From Gemmata obscuriglobus (lineage in GTDB: Bacteria; Planctomycetota; Planctomycetia; Gemmatales; Gemmataceae): DNA of 32,000 nt. The stretch is from positions 1,620,001-1,652,000 of the forward strand of contig NZ_CP042911.1 in NCBI RefSeq assembly GCF_008065095.1. The letters are read 5' to 3'. Of the stretch, positions 25,984-32,000 are shown piece after piece. The position numbers and the translations under genes are program-made. A model generated the notes under the pieces. It had not been told where the DNA came from. It did not search any database and saw only the letters and a program-made list of their open reading frames with translations. The stretch's first letter is position 1, and each line of letters opens with the position of its first letter.

Positions 25984-27080
25984 CGCACTGGCTCATCATC
26001 TCTCGTGAATTACTGGAGGCGGCCGGCTGTGCAGCCTTGCTTGGCCTGCGGCCATTCCCTGCCCTGCCTTTCCTTCCCGTCGCCGTCGGTCGCGTTCGAC
26101 ATGCCCTCCCTGCCTTGCGCGCCGTCGGCCGTCGGGATGTAGTATCGCTGGGTTCCATCCATCCCCGCGATGCGGAGCCCGAGAGGCCAGAGGCGCGTGC
26201 GTGGGATGGTTTTCTCGCGCTACGCTTGAGGTCAGAGGGGGCAGCGGAGTGGGGTTCTTCTGCTCTCCGCGAGGTTGCTGACTCGCCCGCCTCGGCTTTG
26301 AACGGCACGCCCACGGCGCGGGGCGCGTTAAGCTGGTCTCACGAATCGCGGTAAGCTGGCGACCGCCAACCCAACTTGGCGAACCGATTACGGCCGCCGG
26401 TCCTGCTACAAAGCAGAGGCCGGGGGCCGTTTCCCGTTTGAAGACGGAGGTTGCCATGCCAGAGGGCCTCGCGCGGACGCTGGGCACGACGATGGTGTTG
26501 CTCGTCACCGAGTTGGAGGCGTAACTCGATCGGGATCAACCCGACACCACGTGAGTGATTTCGGGTGGTCTACTCCCGGGCTCTTACCGGGAACGGGGTC
26601 GAATCGCCTCCCTCCATTCGATCGCACCCGTGGAATCGTACGTAAATGCCCTTTTCACGCCGATTCGCCCCTCCCGGCTGGGGCAGCTGCTCCTCGACCC
26701 GTACCGCGTCTCGCAACCCGGTTTCCGGGCCAGTACGATGGTGTCCGCTCGCCCTCCTTCCCTCAATGCCCTTTTTCACGCACGACGTTGTCCGCCTGCG
26801 TCGGCCTCGGAGGTTCTGCGAACCTCATTCGATTCGATTAGAGGTCCACGGTCGAGACAGCGAACGAGCCAACGCCCATGAATTTCGTTCCCGTGACGTG
26901 CCCCGCCACGGTGCGTGCGCCTGATCGGCCGTGCCTCCGCGCTCACCGACACGGGATTCCCGTTTCTTTTCCGTCATCCGGGCCTTTCGATCGTGCTGCT
27001 TTCCGTGCCACCGGTGACAGGGCACTGATTCACAACGGTTTTGGGGCCCAGGGCCCCGAGCAGGTTTCTGGCCGCGCGCG

Positions 27081-27089
27081 TTATCCACA
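27081..27089 (+). promoter_or_regulatory. Consensus DnaA box TTATCCACA
   Basis: An exact 9-mer match to the consensus, located 11 nt upstream of the AT-rich stretch. Confidence 0.6.
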
Positions 27090-27100
27090 GGCCCGGCACG

Positions 27101-27150
27101 TTACAACAAGTTACAGTATAAATCGTTAGATTTATAGTTAAGTAAGTTAG
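27101..27150. other. AT-rich DNA-unwinding-element candidate
   Basis: The sequence is ttacaacaagttacagtataaatcgttagatttatagttaagtaagttag. It contains repeated AGTTA submotifs and is by far the most AT-rich 50 bp of the window. Confidence 0.6.
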
Positions 27151-27194
27151 CCGACCCACAACGCCTTGAACGGTCGCAAGAAATCGGGCCTCCG

Positions 27195-27282
27195 TGCGCC
27201 TGATCGGCCGTGGGTGCTGCGTCTGATCGGCCGTGCCCACTTGCGCCTGTTCGGCCGTGCCTCTTGCGCCCGATCGGCCGTG
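27195..27282 (+). repeat. Four tandem 18-bp iterons at 23-24-bp periodicity
   Basis: The four copies are tgcgcctgatcggccgtg (27195), tgcgtctgatcggccgtg (27218), tgcgcctgttcggccgtg (27242) and tgcgcccgatcggccgtg (27265). A fifth, identical copy lies at 26916-26933. Confidence 0.85.
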
Positions 27283-27386
27283 CCCGGGGATGGTTCTATG
27301 GATAACTCGGCAACGGCCGCCCGGTCCGGACGTGCGGGAGCACTCGCGGACCGGGACGTGGGCGGGTACGAGCGGGAAGCGTACGC

Positions 27387-28319
27387 CTATTCGGCCGTGA
27401 CTGCCTGCGCGAGTGTGAGGGCCGGCTCGGCGATTGTTGCCTTGGCGTGCCGGTGGCGCGCCCGCGGGGGTTGGAATCGTGGGTCCGCGGGCGGCAGGTG
27501 GCAGCGCGGGAGGAACGTCACTACCTCATCTTCGGCGGTGCGGTGTACCGCCAGTGCGTACTCGGGCAGGCTATCGGCCTCGACCACCTTGCGCACGTCC
27601 AGGGCGAAGTCCGAGAACCGGGCCGCCGAGCCGGACTTGGCGTACAGCTGGCGCATGGTGAACGTCCACCCGGCCGGCTGCGTGCCGGCGTGCTTGCGGG
27701 CCACCCGGTACAGCCACCGCTCGATCCCCCCGGTGAGCAGGAAGTAATCCTCGTGGATGGTCAGCACTCCGCCCTTGGCCACGATCCCGGTGTACAGCCA
27801 GTCGGGTAGGGTCATGGTCATGTGCGCGGTCTCCCCGGTGGCCTCGTTGACCTCCTCGGTCCACGATTCGAGCCAGTGGAACGAGGCCGATTTCTTCTTC
27901 CCCTGCACCCGGATGTTTGTACTCACCGCGGTGTGTGTCAGCCGGTTCAGGGCCTCGCGGAGCCGCCGATAATGGTCCCCGCCGACCGACCGGCGGACGC
28001 TCTTGAGCAGGTTGTACGGATGGAAGTGGATGACCCGGGACGGTGCGTGTCCTCGGTCCAGGGCCTCGGTCACCTGGGTAGACGCCCAGATCAGGATGTC
28101 CGCATCCCAGATCGACGCCATCCCGAACTTGGGGTTGGCCGTGACCTCGACCCACACGTCCCCGACCTGGTACTCGATGGGCGCCAGCCGGGGCTTCTTG
28201 GACAGGCTGAAGAACGGCCGCTCCATGGTGTCACGCTGGTCGCGGATCGGGATGTCGGCGAACGTGCCGGCGAACAGGTCGGGCTGGTGGTCCCCCTTGG
28301 GGTGGTGGCGCTTGGACAT
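27387..28319 (-). CDS. repA: Plasmid replication initiator protein A (RPA/RepA family)
   Basis: The ORF is open to TTG 28361; I prefer ATG 28319 (MSKRHHPKGDHQPDLFAG...). Family-like N-terminus: IPIRDQRDTMERPFFSLSKKPRLAPIEYQVGDVWVEVTANPKFGMASIWDADILIWASTQ. It is adjacent to the iterons. Confidence 0.8.
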   Translation of the reverse strand: MSKRHHPKGDHQPDLFAGTFADIPIRDQRDTMERPFFSLSKKPRLAPIEYQVGDVWVEVTANPKFGMASIWDADILIWASTQVTEALDRGHAPSRVIHFHPYNLLKSVRRSVGGDHYRRLREALNRLTHTAVSTNIRVQGKKKSASFHWLESWTEEVNEATGETAHMTMTLPDWLYTGIVAKGGVLTIHEDYFLLTGGIERWLYRVARKHAGTQPAGWTFTMRQLYAKSGSAARFSDFALDVRKVVEADSLPEYALAVHRTAEDEVVTFLPRCHLPPADPRFQPPRARHRHAKATIAEPALTLAQAVTAE

Positions 28320-28401
28320 GGGCCGGATGATAGCGCGACCCGCGGCGGACGCAAGCGACAATTACTCCCCGTCTGTCCCGCAGGCGAGCTCCACTTTTCA
28401 C

Positions 28402-28430
28402 GAACGCAGGAATTCCGGAACGCCCGAATT
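28402..28430. promoter_or_regulatory. Two tandem copies of a 13-bp GAACGCCnGAATT-like motif upstream of repA
   Basis: The copies are gaacgcaggaatt (28402-28414) and gaacgcccgaatt (28418-28430), in the gap between the parG-like stop and the repA start. The same motif recurs upstream of parA. Confidence 0.55.
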
Positions 28431-28766
28431 CTACTTATCCAGTTTGCGTGCCTTTTCCCAAGCGTCGAGGGCTTCAAACAGTAATTCGTTGAGCCGTAGG
28501 TCGGCGGTGGCGGCGCGTTGACGGAAGCGGCGACGGAAAGAAGGGGGCACCTTAAACGAGAGCGACGTCAGGTCCGCAGTCGCCACTCGCTCAGCCATCC
28601 GCTTGCTCTCGGTTGACGGCTTCGGCTTGGCCACGGGGGGCTTGAGAGCAGGCTCAATGGGCACTGGAACCGCCGGGGCACGCTGCACGGCTTCGGGCAT
28701 TGGGGCTGCCACATCGGCCGTGAGGGAGGTGAGCTGATCGTAGTTAATCATCGGGCGCTTGTTCAT
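28431..28766 (-). CDS. ParG-like ribbon-helix-helix partition/centromere-binding protein
   Basis: 111 aa. The N-terminal half is disordered and Pro-rich. The C-terminal RHH-like segment is LSFKVPPSFRRRFRQRAATADLRLNELLFEALDAW. Its start overlaps the parA stop (ATGA). Confidence 0.6.
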   Translation of the reverse strand: MNKRPMINYDQLTSLTADVAAPMPEAVQRAPAVPVPIEPALKPPVAKPKPSTESKRMAERVATADLTSLSFKVPPSFRRRFRQRAATADLRLNELLFEALDAWEKARKLDK

Positions 28767-29437
28767 GCCGCCTGCCCTCCCGTGCGGACTTTTTCGCTTT
28801 CGTGCGTGCGCTCTTTCACGGCGCGCCAGATGCCGGCCAGTTCGGTGACCGCTTTCCCTTCGGGCTCGATCTCGAACGCAGTTTTGCCGTGGGCGAAGCT
28901 CTCGGCGTAGACGACTCGTTCATGCATCCGGGCGGGAATCACCAGGCCCAGGGTCTCCAGCGCTATTGCCACCCCTTCATTGTTGCGCAAGTTGGGTCGA
29001 ACCCGGGCGAGGACGAATTGGAACGGGCGGCCCGAGCGCTTAATCATCGGTAGTCCTTTGACCAGTGCCCGCATATCGGCTGGGGTGGGATTGAGTGGGA
29101 TCAGGATCAAATCGGCGACGGCAAACAGCTCTGCATTGACGGTGCCGACGGAGGGGGCGGTGTCGACGAACAGGTAGGATGCGCCAGCGGCGGTCAACTG
29201 GTCGACGGTGGTGCGCAGAGCGGCCAAGTTCAGCGGAGCGTAGCGCGGGGTCTCGAGACCGCCTTTGCGGCGCTCGTTGAACCAGTCGGCGGTGCTCGCC
29301 TGGGGGTCCGTGTCAGACAGCACGACGGGGCCGTCGCCGCAGGTCTCGGCGGCGACGGCCAAGTGGGTGGTGAGGGTAGACTTCCCCGATCCACCTTTTT
29401 GGTTGGCAATCACGATCGTCTTCATAAGGCCGACCAT
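28763..29437 (-). CDS. parA: ParA-family partition ATPase (small, type Ib-like)
   Basis: The deviant Walker A is IANQKGGSGKSTLT, followed by DTDPQAS and Walker B LFVDTAP. Start candidates are ATG 29437 and ATG 29425 (MKTIVIANQKGG). Confidence 0.88.
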   Translation of the reverse strand: MVGLMKTIVIANQKGGSGKSTLTTHLAVAAETCGDGPVVLSDTDPQASTADWFNERRKGGLETPRYAPLNLAALRTTVDQLTAAGASYLFVDTAPSVGTVNAELFAVADLILIPLNPTPADMRALVKGLPMIKRSGRPFQFVLARVRPNLRNNEGVAIALETLGLVIPARMHERVVYAESFAHGKTAFEIEPEGKAVTELAGIWRAVKERTHESEKVRTGGQAA

Positions 29438-29491
29438 TCCACATTTCGCGCGTTCGCGAAAGTACTATTTTCATGAAGGTACGAATGATGC

Positions 29492-29615
29492 CATTCGGGC
29501 GTTCCAGAAGTGCTCCGTTCCAGAAAGGCAGAACACACGAACGCCGGAATTTGCTAATTCTACCGTTCGGGAACGCCGGAACGGTGGCAAGCGTGATTTC
29601 CAGAACGCCAGAATT
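29492..29615. repeat. Four copies of the 13-bp GAACGCCnGAA(T/C) motif upstream of parA (operator/centromere candidate)
   Basis: One copy is inverted: cattcgggcgttc (29492-29504). The other three are direct: gaacgccggaatt (29539-29551), gaacgccggaacg (29571-29583) and gaacgccagaatt (29603-29615). Confidence 0.6.
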
Positions 29616-29748
29616 CATGAACTCCCACTTTCCTTCGTTAGCGCCCACGGTCGAGGTGACCGACGCACGCAACATTCGATGTGTGGGGGAGGTCTCGGAG
29701 AGAGCACGATGCGGACGCAGTGCCACACCGCCCTCACTATGCCTGCGG

Positions 29749-32000
29749 TCATTTCGGCGCACCGAGGATGATGAGGAGATCCCGGCTCGTGTAATCGAGA
29801 ACGCCATCGAGGTGCAACTGTACGGGATCGACGAGGACGTCGGTCACGCATGGCTTCGAGGTCAGATTGGCGACACGGATGATGACGTAGGTTCCGGACT
29901 TCGGGTCACCGTGGCACCCCTGGGCCACCTCCCACTCGTTCGTCGTCATCTCGAACACGCTGCCGCCGTCATGCGCGGACGACTTCACCTCGATGAGGCA
30001 GCGTGGCATGATACGAGAACCTGCGAGAGCGCCGGTGACGTCGTCATAGGAGAAGTCATAGCCTAAGGTATCGTTCCCAGCGCTGAACCCGAAGCGCTCC
30101 CTGCCTTTCGACAGCCAATTCGTCAGGTCAAAGTCCGGACACAGCGCCTTCAACTGCTGGTAGACGAAGTATTCGCCGACGGCCCCGAGGACTGCGAGGT
30201 AGTCCTCTGACACGCGCGTCCGGGCGCCTCCTCCACTGCCCGCGCCGGGTCGGCCCCGCTTCGTGGGACGTTGCACTGCGCCGCGGGACACCGAGCGGAT
30301 GGCTGCGAGATTGAGAGCGGGGTTGACTGCCGCTTCCAGGTTCTGTGCGACCGTCCCGGCCGGCCCCTTGGCGGCGGAGGTTTCGAAGTCCTCGCGCGTC
30401 CAGCCGGCGCTGAGGACGTTGAAGGTGGGTTTCGGCGGTGCCGGGGCGGGCGGTGCCGGGATGTCTCCCAGCTCCTCAAATTTCTTCCAGAGTGATCGCC
30501 AGTCCTCGACTTCCCGGAATGCAGACCGCTCCTTCATTCGTGCGGCCGTGCGCGGGGCCGCGGCCTCGAGGGCGTCCCGAACGGCGGCGATGACGGCCAC
30601 GCGGTTCCCCCAGAAGCCCTGGCTCAGCAGCGTCACCAGTGCGTGCCCCGTGATTGCCGCGGGGTCGATCGTTTCTTCGAACTTCGGCGCGAGCTCGCCC
30701 GCCACCTTGAGGACGATGTTCACCGCGTCTCCCGCCTGCTGCGCTCGAACGATCTCGTCGTCCCGCTCGTAGATGCCCGCTGACTTGTCCGGTTCATCCT
30801 TCAGCTTGAGAGCGGAGAGTTCCGACGGTGGCGACTCGGAGAGCTTGCGCAGCGGATCGACGAGCTGCGCGGCACCCGCGACGGTGGGGCGGGGCGCGGC
30901 GAGCGCGAGGGCATCACGGGCGACGCGGCCGACAATCGCTTCGGGGTTGAGGGTCTCCTCGGCGACCTCCGTAGGCACCGCGAGCCGACGAACGTCTCCC
31001 ACCCAGCCCGCCACGTCGTCCGCGAGTGCTGCGGGCACTGTCGGGCCGGAAGATCGCGGGACGACGAGGTAGGCGAACCAGGCCATCAAGTGACCCGCGA
31101 CGGCATCGCGGGCGGATGTGTAGTGGCGCTCGGAGGGGGCGAAGCGCCACCGCGGCTCGCCGAGCTTCGTGCGAGCGCTCTGCCAGACCGCGACCGAGAG
31201 CCCCAGACCCTTCAGGAGCGACAGCGATCCTTGCGGTTCGTCCACGCGTGATGCCGTTTCCAGGCGCACGTGCAAGTCGGGCCAAGCGAGCCACGCGCTG
31301 GCGGTCTCGGGCGAGCGGGCATGCTGGGACCACTCCCGCCGGAAGTCGTCGAGCGTTCCGTCCGGGTGATCGCGGTCCCAGAGCGCGAGGCAGATCGGTT
31401 GGAAGTGCCGCAGACGGCGCTCGAAGCCCAGGCCGATGGCGACTTTCACCTCCATGCGCTCGGTCGCAGTGGTCCCATAGTCCTGGAAGAATTGGTCACA
31501 GGCACCCGCGCGGAGTTCCTGTGCGTAGGCGGTCCAGAGAGGGCGATACGACGTTCCGAGCAACTGCCAAGTCTCGCTGACGACCTCGTGCGGTGCCAGC
31601 GTGGAATCCACGAGGAGGGCGGGGCCGCCGGCACGCTGCGCATCGAAGCAGGCGCGTTCGGACATCGTGCCCTCGAACCTGCCGCGGATGAGGCTCGTCC
31701 GCGAGAACAGACGCCAGGCGGCGCGGAACGCCTCGTCGGTCGGTAAGGTCGCCTGGGTCGCGCCCTTGAGAATCAGCAGCGCGAGATCCTCCGCCACCAG
31801 CCGCTCCGGAACGGTATCTCGCAGGTAGTCGACGAGGGGAACGCCATGCGCGAGCGGGTTGAAGGGCACGTCGATCGGAAGCTCGCTGACACGGGCCACC
31901 CGCGTTGACCCCAAGAGCGTGCGCAGGGCGTTCACGAGTTCGCGATACGTGTGCTGGAAGCGCCTCGGGAGAACCCACGCCTCCCGGAAACCCGCGACGT
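29749..32000 (-). CDS. DUF3883-domain (PD-(D/E)xK restriction-endonuclease-like) protein; 5' end outside the window
   Basis: The C-terminus matches the DUF3883 pattern: VGEYFVYQQLK...LGYDFSYDD...CLIEVKSSAHDGGSVFEMTTNEWEVAQ...GTYVIIRV. The reading frame stays open upstream of the ORF-track start (GTG 31935) to position 32000 (...VAGFREAWVLPRRFQHTYRELVNALR), so the gene is probably longer. Confidence 0.7.
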   Translation of the reverse strand, partial: VAGFREAWVLPRRFQHTYRELVNALRTLLGSTRVARVSELPIDVPFNPLAHGVPLVDYLRDTVPERLVAEDLALLILKGATQATLPTDEAFRAAWRLFSRTSLIRGRFEGTMSERACFDAQRAGGPALLVDSTLAPHEVVSETWQLLGTSYRPLWTAYAQELRAGACDQFFQDYGTTATERMEVKVAIGLGFERRLRHFQPICLALWDRDHPDGTLDDFRREWSQHARSPETASAWLAWPDLHVRLETASRVDEPQGSLSLLKGLGLSVAVWQSARTKLGEPRWRFAPSERHYTSARDAVAGHLMAWFAYLVVPRSSGPTVPAALADDVAGWVGDVRRLAVPTEVAEETLNPEAIVGRVARDALALAAPRPTVAGAAQLVDPLRKLSESPPSELSALKLKDEPDKSAGIYERDDEIVRAQQAGDAVNIVLKVAGELAPKFEETIDPAAITGHALVTLLSQGFWGNRVAVIAAVRDALEAAAPRTAARMKERSAFREVEDWRSLWKKFEELGDIPAPPAPAPPKPTFNVLSAGWTREDFETSAAKGPAGTVAQNLEAAVNPALNLAAIRSVSRGAVQRPTKRGRPGAGSGGGARTRVSEDYLAVLGAVGEYFVYQQLKALCPDFDLTNWLSKGRERFGFSAGNDTLGYDFSYDDVTGALAGSRIMPRCLIEVKSSAHDGGSVFEMTTNEWEVAQGCHGDPKSGTYVIIRVANLTSKPCVTDVLVDPVQLHLDGVLDYTSRDLLIILGAPK

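Larger units (their letters stand above)
26916..27282. promoter_or_regulatory. Plasmid-type replication origin (oriV) candidate
   Basis: The elements occur in this order: a solitary iteron (26916-26933), a perfect DnaA box, a ~50-bp AT-rich stretch, then four tandem iterons. The region sits next to a RepA initiator gene. Confidence 0.75.

Noticed and set aside
26456-26524. A 22-codon mini-ORF (MPEGLARTLGTTMVLLVTELEA) is preceded by GGAGG.
   Set aside because: It is too short to evaluate and has no recognisable family or partner gene, such as a toxin/antitoxin-like neighbour. It is noted only in case Ribo-seq data exist.
27195-27282. The tandem 18-bp repeats could be mistaken for a mini CRISPR array.
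   Set aside because: The 'spacers' are only 5-6 nt, the repeats are 18 nt, and there are only four copies. They sit next to a DnaA box, an AT-rich block and repA, so they are iterons and not CRISPR repeats. No cas genes are present.
27166-27747. A 193-aa ORF on the + strand spans the iterons and runs antisense to repA.
   Set aside because: It reads straight through the tandem iterons, which produces the repeated 'DRP/IGRA' peptides. It overlaps the well-supported repA gene on the opposite strand and has no family features.
19790-32000. I searched for an integrase, recombinase, transposase or relaxase that would define the island or plasmid as a mobile element.
   Set aside because: No ORF shows tyrosine- or serine-recombinase, DDE-transposase or relaxase motifs. 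I therefore do not annotate a mobile_element feature and only flag the compositional and replicon evidence.

Overview
This is a high-GC window. A planctomycete or Gemmataceae-like origin is my inference from the N-terminal 'LEDRxLL' secretion-type motif, the Pro/Ala-rich linkers and the gene content.

Layout:
1. 0.2-8.3 kb: an exosortase/PEP-CTERM-style exopolysaccharide locus. It holds a fused Wzz/BY-tyrosine-kinase, EpsI, a priming sugar transferase, two GT4 glycosyltransferases and a FemAB-family acyltransferase. A 37-bp perfect, AT-rich palindrome sits inside the locus.
2. 8.3-9.36 kb: about 1 kb of mostly non-coding DNA.
3. 9.36-10.8 kb: a sigma-54-dependent activator.
4. 11.3-16.6 kb: an outer-membrane beta-barrel candidate and two secreted proteins.
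5. 16.7-19.1 kb: a LOR/SDH (TIGR00300, ornithine-cyclodeaminase-like) gene, divergent from a Thg1-like 3'-5' nucleotidyltransferase gene, then a GlsB/YeaQ membrane protein.
6. 19.3-19.75 kb: tRNA-His(GTG, with encoded G-1) and tRNA-Arg(CCG), each followed by its own terminator.
7. 19.8-26 kb: directly after tRNA-Arg the composition drops visibly in GC. This stretch carries five co-directional genes: an HD phosphohydrolase, a P-loop ATPase, a Rossmann/CARF-like protein, a C5 cytosine DNA methyltransferase and ThyX. The first three are translationally coupled and I cannot assign them to any named defence or R-M system. This is my best candidate for a new system.
8. 26.9-29.7 kb: a complete plasmid-type maintenance module. 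It has an origin (DnaA box, AT-rich stretch, 4+1 iterons), repA, a ParG-like RHH gene, parA, and a repeated 13-bp operator/centromere-like motif.
9. 29.7-32 kb: a DUF3883 (PD-(D/E)xK-like) gene that runs off the right edge of the window.

No rRNA, CRISPR array, transposase or integrase was recognised. CDS coordinates include stop codons. Coordinates of non-coding features were cross-checked against the ORF-track frames where an overlapping ORF allowed it, and are otherwise counted by hand, so allow +/-2 nt.
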